Under the pieces are notes generated by a model. The model did no database searches and was not told where the DNA came from. It worked only from the letters and a program-made list of their open reading frames with translations. Shown piece by piece: positions 33,716-45,800 of a DNA stretch of 64,000 bases; positions within the stretch are counted from its first letter, which is position 1; each line of letters begins with the position of its first letter. This DNA is from Chiloscyllium plagiosum (lineage: Eukaryota). The stretch covers positions 4,128,104 to 4,192,103 of the forward strand of contig NC_057760.1 in assembly GCF_004010195.1 (NCBI RefSeq), given 5' to 3'. The translations under genes and the position numbers were made by a program.

Positions 33716-36700
33716 TCAGCAAGGATTTCATCCTGTGAGGGATAGAAATTGGGGGAAGTATAGTTCCTACACTATAAAACAAAGACTAGAGTGCACTGGT
33801 AATGGTTTACAACAGATGAAAAAAGAAACCCGACAGGGTGAAAAGGAAGACAAAGGCCTCAGGTGTTTCCACTGTAGTACACGACATGTAAAGTCACCGA
33901 GCTGGTCGTTGAAGAAAGGCACTGTGGGAAAAGATGTGGTAAAATAGGGTAAACCAATAGCATTAGTGAAAGTAGTAAAGGAATACTGCAAGAAAAGTCA
34001 AGGAGCTGCGGGTGTGTGCACAGCCTAAGCATGGGCTGGGAACTGAGTTAGTGCTTTATCTCTATAAAGACTTCGCCTCTGTGAGTAAAGTTTACTCAGG
34101 AAGAACAGAGGGAGCAGGGAAAGAAGTTATAATTTTGAGATACGGGATCTAATCAGTCTCTAACAGTAAGAGATGAACGAATTTGCACTCTTTCTGACCT
34201 GTTACCCGAGACAGTAGTAATTTGTGGGATAGATGATCAGAAATTTAGCATTCCCCTATGTAAGATCAGGTTGGAGAGCCAAATCAAGACTGGAGAATTA
34301 GCAGTGGGAGAGATTGACAGAGTGTTAGTTCCAAGAATACAGTTTGTTGTTGGGAATGATTCAGCAGGATCCAAGGTAAGAGTGGCAACCCTTGTTGTGG
34401 AGAAACGAAAGGAAGACCAGGAAACTGAAGAGTTAAAAGAAAAATATCCTGAATGTTTTCGGACTATGTAGTAACAAGATCCCACTATAATACGTTGCAG
34501 CAAGAAGCAAAAACTAAAGAGAAAGACGAAGGACAAAGGAATTGAGGCTCAGTTAGCGGACAACCTGTTTGATGTAATGGTGCAGGAGAAACCTGAACAG
34601 GAAGAGGGTCATGAAGAAGTGTCTAGTCCTGATTGAATAATGGACTGACAACAGAACAACGAGACAATAAAAGAGATATATGTTGATGCATACTCAGACA
34701 AGGAACCAGAATGTATTCTCAAGAGCTATTGTCTTAAAGATAGAATTCTAAAGTGGAAATGGAGACCACAGTAGGTTAGTGCAGAGGAGAAATGGGCATA
34801 AGTGCACAAGATTGTGTTGCTGGTTGCATATGGACAGGAATTGTTTCAGACAGCACATAAATTACCAGTAGGACGTCACCTAGGTTTAAGGAAGACTCAA
34901 GCTAAGGTACAAAAGCCTTACTATTGGCCCAGAGTGCACAAGGATGTGGTTAAAGTTTGCTGTGCATGTCATAGATGCCAAATGGTAGGTAAACCACAGG
35001 CGGTAATAAAACCAGCACCTTTGTTGCTAATTTCCACATTCGAAGAATTTTTCACACAGGCTATGATTGATTGTGTAGATCCCTTCCGGAAAACTAAAAG
35101 TGGAAACCAATACTTGATCACCATAAGGTTAGCTAAGTTATACCAAACTGCTTAAGGCAATTTCATTATGGAGTATTAAGGCAACAAAAAAGGGTCATAG
35201 AGGAGTTAATAGCTTTCTTCATGCAGGATGGGCTACCCAGAGAGATTTAGTCAGAACAACAATCTAACTTTACTGCTAGGCTGTTTAAGGAAGTCGTGGA
35301 TAGCTTAGGCATAAGCACTTTCAATCAAATGTGTATTGTCCTGAATTGGAAAGGTGACATCAGACTCTGACAACTATGTTAAGAATGTACTATCAGGATT
35401 ACTTGAATAATTGGGATAGAAGTATCCCAATTGTATTGTTTTTCGTTAAAGGTGCCCCAAATGAATCTATTCAGTTTATTACCTTTGAGTTAATATTGGA
35501 CATGAAGTGACAGGGCCTTTGAAATTAATTTTTAAAAAATGACAGGACCGAAGTCAGAGATCTCAGACTTGGATTATGTATCTGAGATGAGGGAGAGATT
35601 AAATGGGATAGGTGTGTGACCTAAACAGCACCTGAAGAGGGCACAGCACAGAATGAAGCAGGTAGTAAATAAAAAACTCTAAAATTCAAATGTTTTCCCA
35701 TGGGGAAAATGTACTAGTATTCTTACCAGTGGTAGGATATCCCTTCAATACCAAGTTTAGTGGTCACTAGCAAATTAAGAAAAAAGTTAAGTCAAGTAAA
35801 CTATCTGGTAAAGATGTCGGATATAACAAAAACTGTATTGTGTATGTCATGTGAATATGTTGCAGCCTTATTATAATAGAGACAGTGAACTGGAGAAACA
35901 GGTGTTAGTTACTGACCTGCAGAGGGAGGAATCAAATGCAGATATCATGGAGTTTTATGTGCCTCAAATACATTAAGAAATGAGGAAGTCCTTGAGGTGT
36001 GGGATAGGTTAGTGAACTATCGGTCTCAGGTACAAAGAACCCATTTGTAAGTTTGTTGAAGCAATATGAGAACATATGTAGGAATAATATGGGGAGGACT
36101 AATACTATTGTGCATGATGTGGAATTAGAGAATGCTGTTTCAATAAAATAACACCCCTACAGACTTAATCCTTTCAAAGCCACAGAGGTCCAGAAGGAAG
36201 TGGATGCAATGTTCAATTAAGATATCATTGAACCGAATCAGAGTTTGTAACCCCAAATGGTCCATATCAATTCAAAGTGATGTCATTTAGAATGAAGAAC
36301 ACGCCAGGCACATTCCAAAGAGTCATGAGCGGGGTCGTGGCTGTATTAACAAGTTGTGCAGTTTATCCGGATGATGTAGTGATCTTTAGCCAGTCAAGGA
36401 AAGATCTCTTAGAACGATTACAAGACACAAAACTTGTAATAAACTTAAAGAAAACAGAATTCATGAAGGTAGAGATGACATTCTGGAGACATAACATCGG
36501 CCATGGAAGGCTGACCCCAAGGAAAGTGAAGATGAACACCATCGAGTAATTTCCACGACCATCCTCAAAGAACAAAGCCCTTCGAGTTTTGGGACAAAAC
36601 GGATTCTACCAGACGTTTGTTTCAAAGTTCAGTAGAGCTTTGGCACGCAAATAGATTTACTAAAGAAAACACAAAATTTCGGTGGACAGAACAATGCTCG

Positions 36701-37280
36701 AAGGCAGCGGAGAATTTAAATTTAGTACCAGTTTTAGCTACATCAATTTTTTTATAACCTTCAAATTGCTTTCAATGCTAGCGATTAGAGTTGGAGCTGT
36801 ACTATTACAGGAAGATGATGATGGAATTGAACGGCCATTTGTCCACTTTTCATAGAAACTGTATGGTTTTGAAATTAGGTTGATGTAATTTTAAAAGGTG
36901 TTTTGTGTTGGAACAGTATATTATTATAGAGTTAGAGACAGGTAATAAGCAATTAAGAGAAAGATGTCTTAGAGTTGTGAACAGTTATTATTTAATGTTC
37001 ACTTTTACTGTTAATGAATAAATTCATAGTATTTTCTTTAAATAGTGGAATTTGGGAGTTCTCTGTCATTCACGTTTTAACAGATTATGAGGAGGTGAGC
37101 TTTTCTGGATGGTTAGTTTAATTAACAGAGGCATTCACTGCCGTGTCGTAATGCGCAGTAGGGAATAGAAGCAAGTCAAACAGTTAGGGCAGACAGGAAC
37201 AAAACAGAGAACATGATGGGACTACATTGCCCTGTATTTACTTCAATTCAAGTGGCCTGACAGTTAAGGCAGATAAATTG

Positions 37281-38552
37281 AGGAGAAAGTGAGGTCTGCA
37301 GATGCTGGAGATCAGAGCTGGAAATGTGTTGCTGGAAAAGCGCAGCAGGTCAGGCAGCATCCAGGGAACAGGAGAATTGACGTTTCGGGCATAAGCCCTT
37401 CTTCAGGAATGAGGAAAGTTTGTCCAGCAGGCTAAGATAAAAGGTAGGGCCTGGGGGAGGGGCGTCGGAAATGCGATAGGTGGAAAGAGGTCAAGGTGAG
37501 GGTGAAGGGCCAGAGTGGGGGGGGGGCGGAGAGGTCGGGAAGAAGATTGCAGGTTAGGAAGGCGGTGCTGAATTTGATGGATTTGACTGAGACAGGCTGG
37601 GGGGAGGGGAAATGAGGAAACTGGTGAAATCCGAGTTCATCCCTTGTGGTTGGAGGGTCCCTAGCCGGAAGATGAGGCGTTCTTCCTCCAACCATCGTTT
37701 CGCTGTGGTCTGACGATGGAAGAGTCCAAAGACCTGCATATCCTTGGTGGAGTCGGAGGGGGAATTGAAATGTTGAGCTACAGGGTGGTTGGGTTGGTTG
37801 GTCCGGGTGTCCCAGAGGTGTTCTCTGAAACGCTCCGCAAGTAGCCGGCCTGTCTCCCCAATATAGAGGAGGACACATCGGGTGCAGAGGATGCAATAGA
37901 TGATATGTGTGGAGGTGCAGGTGAATCTGTGGCAGATATGGAAGTTATCCATCCAATTCAGCACCGCCTTCCTAACCTGAGATCTCCTTCCCGACCTCTA
38001 CTCCCCCACCCCAGTCTGACCTATCACCCTCACCTTGACCTCTTTCCACCTATCACATTTCCGACGCCCCTCCCCCAAGTCCCTCCTCCCTACCTTTTAT
38101 CTTAGCCTACTGGACAGAGCATCGTCGACCACGTCGGGGGGGAAATTGCGGTCCTTGAAGAAGGAGGCCATCTGGGTTGTGCGTTTTTGGAACTGGTTCT
38201 CCTAGGAGCAGATACGGCGGAGTCGAAGGAATTGGGAGAATGGGATGGCGTTTTTACAGGGGGCAGGATGGGAGGAGGTGTAGTCCAGGTAGCTGTGGGA
38301 GTCGGTTGGTTTGTTGTAGATGTCCGTGTTGATTCGGTCGCCTGAGATAGAAACAGAAAGGTCTAGGAAGGGGAGGGAGGAATCTGAGACTGTCCAGGTG
38401 AATTTGAGGTCGGGGTGGAAGGTGTTGGTGAAGTGGATGAACTGTTCAACCTCCTCGTGGGAGCACGAGGCGGCACCGATACGGTGAACTGTTCAACCTC
38501 CTCGTGGGAACACGAGGCGCCGCCGATACGATGAACTGTTCAACCTCCTCGT
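37281..38552 (-). mobile_element. Rearranged Penelope-like element (RT fragment, GIY-YIG endonuclease, hammerhead) with 11-bp TSD
   Basis: IIYCILCTRCVLLYIGETGRLLAERFREH...PVAQHFN...LGTLQPQGMN (GIY-YIG); RT segment IGAASCSHEEVEQFIHFTNTFHPDLKFTW. TSD ATAAATTGAGG at 37273-37283 and 38553-38563. Confidence 0.93.
37377..37411 (-). ncRNA. Minimal hammerhead ribozyme motif downstream of the GIY-YIG ORF
   Basis: Minus strand reads CATTC-CTGAAGA-A-GGGC-TTAT-GCCC-GAAAC-GTC-AAT: intact core and stem II, weak stem I. Confidence 0.7.
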
Positions 38553-40765
38553 ATAAATTGAGGGCATGCTTGGGAACATGTGATTGGGATGTGATCACAA
38601 ATATATGCAACAAAGTCAATCATGTAAATGCTCTTTATTATTGGGGGTGGGGTGTTGGAGGGGGTTGTACCAATGGAAATCTGCTGTCTTTATGTGGTCT
38701 GATTGACATGTGACTCCAGATTCAATGTAATGTAGTTCATTCACAAACGGCAGTGACCACATCTGCAACAAGTGTTGGTTGCTGGAAGAACTCCGGATCA
38801 GAATTGATGATCTGGAATCTGAGATCCAAAAACTGTGGCACATCTGGGATGGGGGAGAGTTACCTGGGCACATTGTTTCAGGAGTCAGTCACACCTGCTA
38901 GATTAAGTAATTGAAATTCAGTTAGTGATCAGGAACAATAGGGTGTGAGGCAGGTAGGGGGATTCTGAGTTCAGGAGGGAAGGAGCCTCAGCCCTTGACC
39001 TTGAACAACAGGTATGAGATTTTTGCTCCTTGAATGGATGAGGAAAAGGGCTATGGACAGGATGAGCCAGCTGACCACGGCACCATGGTGCAGAAGGTCA
39101 TTCAAGTAGTTGTTATAGGGGATTCTATAATTAGGAGGACAGATAGTGTCCTTTGTGAGCCAGATCGGGAGTCCCACATGGTGTGTTGCCTGCCCAGTGC
39201 CAGGGTGCAGGACATCTCCAACTAGCTTGAAAGGATATTAGAGCAAGAGGGAGAGGGTCCAGTTGTTGTGGCACAAACAACATAGACAAGGCTAGGAAGG
39301 AGGACCTGTTTGGGGAGTATCAAGCACGAGGAAGGAAATTGAAGAACATGTCCCCGAGGGTCATAATCTCTGGATTACTGCCCGAACCACGTGCCAATTG
39401 GCACAGTGATAAGAAAATTAGAGAAGCAAACACATGGTTAAGGGATTGGTATGGGAAAGAGGGATTCCATTTCTTGGGACATTGGCATCAGTTTTGGAAC
39501 TGAGGAGATCTGTACCGATGTGACAGTCTCCACCTGAGCCGATCTGGAACCAGTGTTCTGGCAAAAAGGATAAATACGGTGGTCACTAGGACTTCAAGCT
39601 TGTGAGTCTGGGGGAAGGGAAAGGGAAAGCAACAGTGAGCATGGAGTCAAGTAGAAAGATAAACAGCAGGTTAGCATGTGTGGAGGTTTAAGTTCGAAGC
39701 AGGCTAGGAATGAAGCAAAAAGGAAGGATACGTTAGGACGTACTACTAGTGGTGATGGAAATCATGAGGATAAGAAAATTAGCATTAAGGTGCTTTACCT
39801 GAATGCTCATAGTATTTGTAACAAAGTAGATGAATTAACAGCAGAAATCATTGTGGATGATCATGATGTGTTAGGCATTACAGAGACGTGGTTAGAACAA
39901 AGAACAAAAAAAAAAATTACAGCCCAGGAGCAGGCCCTTCAGCCGTCCAAGCCTGAGCTGATCCAAATCCACTGTCTAAACGTATCACCCAATTCCTAAG
40001 CATCTGTATCCCTCTGCTCCCCACCTACTCACGCATCTGTCCAGACCCACCTTAAATGAATCTACCGTGCTTGCCTCTACTACCTCTGCTGGCAACACGT
40101 TCCAGGCACCTACCATTCTCTGTGTAAAGTACTTGTCGGGATATCCCCCTTAAACGTTTCATCCCTCACCTTGAATACGTGACCTCTCGTTATTGAATTC
40201 CTCACCCTGGGAAAAAGCTTATCTCCATCTACCCTGTCAGTACCTTCATGATTTTGTAGACCTCAATCAGGTCCCGCCCCTTCAATCTCACTTTTTAAGT
40301 GAAAACAATCCTAACCTACTCAACCTCTCTTAGAACATATAACATAGAATTTAGAAAAGTACAGCACATAACAGGCTATTCAGCCTACGATGTTGTGCTG
40401 ATGATTATTCCTAATCTAAAAAAAAATACCCTAACCTATGGACCCCTCAATTCACTGCTGTACATGTGCATGTCTAGCAATCGTTTAAACATCCCGAATG
40501 ACCCTGGCAACACATTATGCATGCACAACTCTCTGCGTAAAGAACCTACCTCTGATGTCTCCTCTATACCTTCCTCCAAATATCTTAAAACTATGACCCC
40601 TCATGCCAGTCAATCCTGCTCTGGGGAAAAGTCTCTGGCTATTGACTCTATCCATGTCTCTCATTACCCTGTATACCCCGATCAGGTCACCTCTCTTCCT
40701 CCTTCTCTCCAGAGAGAAAAGTCTGAGCTTAGTCAACAATTCTTTGTAAGACAAGCCCTCCAGTT

Positions 40766-41088
40766 ATTTTTTAGATTAGATTCTCTACAGTGTGAAACAG
40801 GCCCTTCAGCCCACCAAGTCCAAACCGACCCTCCTAAGAGTAACCCACCCAGACCCATTTCCCTCTGAATGATGCACTTAACACTATAGGCAATATAGCA
40901 TGGCCAATTCACGTAACCTGCACATCTTTGGACTGATGGAGGAAACCGGAGCACCCGAAGGAAAGCCACACAGACGCAGGGAGAATGTGCAAACTCCACA
41001 CAGACAGTCGCCGAAGGCTTGAATCGAACCTGGGACCTCTGTGCTGTGAGGCAGCGACGCTAACCACTGAGCCGCGGTGCCACCCCAG
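40766..41088 (-). mobile_element. V-SINE (HE1-like)
   Basis: Head GGGTGGCACCGCGGCTCAGTGGTTAGCG with B box GGTTCGATTC, and tail ...CACACTGTAGAGAATCTAATCT. Confidence 0.92.
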
Positions 41089-41797
41089 CATTCCAGGCAG
41101 CATCCTGGTAAACCTTCTTTGCATCCTCTTCAAAGCCACCGTATCTTTCATATAATAGAGCGACCAGAACTGGACATAATATTCTAAGTGTTGTCTCACC
41201 AGGGTCTTGTAGAGCTGCAGCAAAACCTTGCAGCTCTTAAACTCGATTGCTGTGTTAATGAAAGCCAAAACACCATATGGTTTCTTAACAACCCTATCCA
41301 CTTGGGTGACAACTTTGAGGGATCTATGCACTTGAACACCAAGATCCCTCTGTTCCTCCACACTGCCAAGAATCCTGTCTTTAATCCTCAGCATTCAAGT
41401 TTGACCTTCTAAAATCCATCACTTCGCATTTATCCAGGTTGAACTCCATCTGCTATTTCTCAGCTCGGCTCTGCATCCTGTCGATGTTGCGCTGTAGACT
41501 GCAATGGCCCTCGATACTATCAACGGCACCTCCAATTTATGTCATCGGGAAATATACTAACTCACCCCTCAACCTCCTCATCCAAGTCATTTATAAAAAC
41601 TACAAAGAGCAGAGGCCCAAGAACAGAGCCGTGCGGGACACTACTCAACACTGACCTCCAGGCAGAGTACTTTCCACCTACAACCACTCTCTGCCATCTT
41701 TTAGCCAACCAATTCGGAATCCAGACAACCAAATCTCCCTGTATCCAATACCTCCTGATTTTATGAATGAGCCTACCATGGGGAACCTTATCAAATG

Positions 41798-42885
41798 ATT
41801 TGGGAACGATCAAGACTCATGGTTGGTGTGTTGCCTCCCAGGGTCCTGAAGGAGAGGATCACCAGCCCCAAGTCATGGTCCACGTATGTACCAAAGACAA
41901 AGGTAGAAAGAGGGACAGGGATGTAAGGCAGGTTTTCAGGGAGCTAGGGTGGAAGATGAGAGCTTCAGACATAGGTGGATGGATTAGTAAATTTGCAGAT
42001 GACACTAAAGTTGGTGGAATAGTGGACAGTTTGGAAGAATGTTACAGGTTACAGGGGGACTTGGATAAACTGCAAAATTGGGCTGAGAGGTGGCAAATGG
42101 AGTTCAATGCAGCTAAATGTGAGGTGATGCACTTTGTGAAGAATAACAGGAAGGCAGAGTACTGGGTCAATGGAAAAATTCTTGGTAGTGTGGATGTGCA
42201 GAGGGATCTTGGAATCCATGTACATAGATCCCTGAAAGTTGTCTTCCAGGTTGATAGTGCTGTTAAAAAGTATACTGTGTGTTAGGTTTCATTGGTAGAG
42301 GGATTGAGTTCCAGAGCCGCAATATCATGGTGCAACTACACGAAATGCAAGTGTGGCCGCACTTGGAATATTGTGCTCAGTTCTGGTGGCCCCATTACAG
42401 GAAGAATGTAGAAGCACTGGAAAAGGTGCAGAGGAGAATTACCAGGATGCTGCCTGGTCTGGAGGGAAGCTCTTATGAGGAAAGGCTGCGAGACTTTTGG
42501 CCTGTTCTCATTGGAAAGAAGAAGGCTAAAAGGGAATTTGCAGGATGATCAGAGGATTAGATAGGGTAGACAGTGAAAGTCTTTTTCCTAGGATGATGAC
42601 GTCAGTTTGTACGAGGGGGCATAACTACAAATTGAGGGGCGATAGATTTAAGGCAGATGTCAGGACTGGTTTTTTACTCAGAGAGTAGTAAGGGTGTGGA
42701 ATGCCCTACCTGCCAATGTAGTTTACTCAGCCACATTAGGGAGATTTAAACAATCCTTGGATAAGCACATGGATGATGATGATGGGATAGTGTAGGGGGA
42801 CGAGCGGAGAACATTTCACAAGTTAGCGCAACATTGAGGGCCGAAGGATCTGCTCTGTGCTGTATTGTTCTATGTTCAATGTTCT
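41798..42885 (+). mobile_element. Internally deleted CR1 (ORF1 piece fused to RT 3' half) nested in the minus-strand CR1
   Basis: PQVMVHVCTKDKGR...ELGWKMRA is joined directly to [16 protein letters not shown] on both flanks. Confidence 0.88.
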
Positions 42886-45800
42886 AAATGCCTTGCTGAA
42901 GTCCATATACACCACATCCACCGCTCAACATTCGTTGACCTGTCTCGTCAACTCCTCAAAGAATTCAATAAGATTTGTGAGGCATGACCTGCCTCTCAGA
43001 AAGCCATGCTGATTGTCTTTAATCATGCTATGCTTTTCTGAATAGTCATAAATCCTATCCCTCAGAATTCTTTCCAAAACCTTGCTGACCACAGACGTAA
43101 GACTGACTGGTCTGTAATTGCCAGGGATTTCCCTATTACCCTTCTTGAAAAGAACAACAACATTCGCCCCCTCCAATCCTATGGTACGACGCCAGTGGAG
43201 ATTAAGGAAGCAAAGATCTTCGCCAGCAGCTTTGTAACCTCTTTTCTCGCTTCCCGGAGCAGCCTAGGGCAAATCTGGTCTGGCCCTGGGAACTTATCAA
43301 CCTTCATGTTTGCCAAACTTTCTAGCACATCAATCTTGATCTGTTCAAGCCTGTTTTCCAGCTCCTCAAAGTTCTCAATCACAGCATTTTCCTTAGTGAA
43401 AACGTAAGCAAAAACCTCGTTTAGGGCCTTCCCTATCTGCTCATACTCCATGCTCAAGTTCCCTACATTATCCCTGACCAGCCCTACCGTCTCCCTGATC
43501 ATTCTCTTATTACTCACGTGTGAGGAAAATGCCTTTGAGATCTCCCTAATCCTTCCTACCAAGCCTTTTTCGTGCCCCCTCCTGGCTCTCCTCAGTCCAT
43601 TTCTGTGCTCCTTTCTAGTAATCCTGTAATTGTCTAAAGCTGTGCCAGATCCTTGCTTCCTCCACCTTACATAATCTGCTTTCTTCCTTTTGACGAAAGC
43701 TTCTCTGTTCTTGTCAAACAAGGTTTCTTAATCTTACCCCTTCTTGCTTGTCTCAAAGGAACAAATCTGTGCATCACTCGCAACACATGCTCCTTAAACA
43801 GTCTCCACATGTCTGTTGTGCCCTTTCTGTGGAACAATTGCACCCAATCTGTATTTCCCAACTCCTGTCTGATGGTGTCATACTTTCCTTTTCCCCAATT
43901 AAATATCTTCCCTAGGTAACTGCTCCTTTCCCTCTCCAAGTCTATGGTAAATGTGAGGCAGTTGTGGCTACTGTCACCAAAGTGTTCTCCCACCGTGAGA
44001 TCTGACACATGTCCTGGCTCATTGCTGAGCACCAAATCCAAAATAGCCTCTCCCCTCGCTGTCTACATACCGTGTAAGGAAACCCTCCTGAACGGCTCCA
44101 TCCAAACCACCTGCACTAAGGAGGTTCCAGTCAATATTGGGAAAGTTGAAGTCACCCATAACAACAACTCTGCTACATCTGCATTGTTCCAAAATCTACC
44201 GGCCGATGAGCTCTTCAATCTCCCTACTGCTATTAGGGGATCTGTAGAAAACCCTCAATGAGGTGGCTGCTCCCTTGATGTTCCTAACTTCCACTGATAC
44301 TGACTCAGTAGACAAACCTTCCTCAACAACGTTCGTGGCTGTGATGCACTCTCTGATTAGCAATGCTACACCCCCTCCTCTTCTTCCACCCTTCCTGTTC
44401 TCTTTAAACTTTCTAAACCCTGGAACATCTAGTAACCATTCCTGCCCTGGTGAAACCCACGTCTCCGTTATGGGCACAACAAGTACGGATCCATGCTCTA
44501 AGTTCATCACGCTTATTTCTGACACTCCTTAAAGCAGACACGTTTGTACCACCAAATGAATAACCTTCCCGATGGATTTACTACATCCTGTCACTGCCCC
44601 AAATCTAACTACCCCCCTCTCAGATATGTAGCTCTGGCTCTAGCTCTTCATAGCTAGCATCTTCCATACCAGGCAACATCCTTGTAAACCTTCTCTGCAC
44701 CCTCTCCAAACGTCCACATCCTTTTGGTAATGTGGCGACCAAAACTGTACATAGTATTCTAAATGTGGCCAACCAAAGTCTTTGACAATTTTAACATAAC
44801 CTGCCAGCTCTTATACTCAGTATCCCGTCCAATGAAGGCAGGCATACCATATGCCTTCTTGACCACTCTATCCACCTGTGCAGCCTCCTTCAGGGTACAA
44901 TGCACCTGAATTCCCAGATCTCTCTGCTCATCAACTTTTCCCAAGGCTCTTCCATTTATAGTATACTTTGCTCTAAAATTAGACTTCCCAAAATGCATTA
45001 CCTCACATTTGCCTGGATTGAACTCCATCTGCCACTTCTCTGTCAAACTCTCCAGTCTATCTATATTGTTCTGTATTCTTTGACAGTCGCCTATGCTTTC
45101 TGCTACTCCACCAATCTTCGTGTCTTCTGCAAACTTACTGATCAGACCAACAATGCCCTCTTCTAAATCATTTATGTATATTACGAACAACAGTGGCTCC
45201 ATAACTGATCCCTGTGGAACACCACTGGTCACCTTTCTCCATGTCGAGAAACTCCCTTCAACTCCTACCCTCCGTCTCCTGTTGCTCAACCAGTTCTTTA
45301 CCCACCTAGCTAGAACACACTGCACACTATGTGACCTCACTTTCTCCATTAGATTATCATGGGGAACCTTACCAAACGCCTTACTGAAGTCCATGTATAC
45401 GACATCAACAGCCCTTCCTTCATCTATTAACTTGGTCACTTTCTCAAAGAACTCTATTAAGTTGGTAAGGCACGATCTTCCCCGCACAAAACAATGTTGT
45501 CTGTCACTGATAAGCCCATCCTTTTCCAAATATAAATAGATTTTATCCATCAGTACTTTCTGCAGTCACTTTCCCACCATTGACATGAGGCTCACTCATC
45601 TGTAGTTACCTGGAATATCCATACTACCCTTCTTGTACAGGGGACAACATGAGCAACCCTCCAGTCCTCAGGCACCTCACTTGTGTTTAAGGATGGCACA
45701 AAGATATCTGTCAGGGTCCCAGCTATTTCCTCTCTCACCACCCTCAGCAACTTGGGATCGATCACATCCGGTTGCAGGGGATTCAGGACTGGCAGTTAAA

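Larger units (their letters stand above)
30556..37153 (+). mobile_element. Gmr1-like Ty3/gypsy LTR retrotransposon, degenerate (gag-PR-IN-RT-RH order)
   Basis: 5' LTR 30556-31298 (TATTATGA...TCATAACA); tRNA-Pro-like PBS remnant TGTGGCTCGAGTCCGAGATTTGA; Zn-knuckle remnant RCFHC (~33860); protease-like ILR(D)TG (~34130); integrase HHCC AHKLPVGRHLG...CCACHRCQ and IDCVDP (34802-35155); RT KNTPGTFQRVM and AVYPDDVVIFS (36277-36549); RNase H GAVLLQEDDDGIERP (~36790). The 3' LTR is partial (~36859-37153). 4-bp flanks TGCA/CGCA. Confidence 0.9.
39893..45768 (-). mobile_element. CR1 (3' tail 39893-40330; RT ~44640-45768) interrupted by a further minus-strand CR1 (~40331-44640)
   Basis: ORF 44759-45550 has an intact RT core (DFSKAF, GVPQGSV, KFAEDTK). 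The inner element gives ORFs 40515-44525 (ITETWV, FYRSP, NYRPVSLT). Confidence 0.88.
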
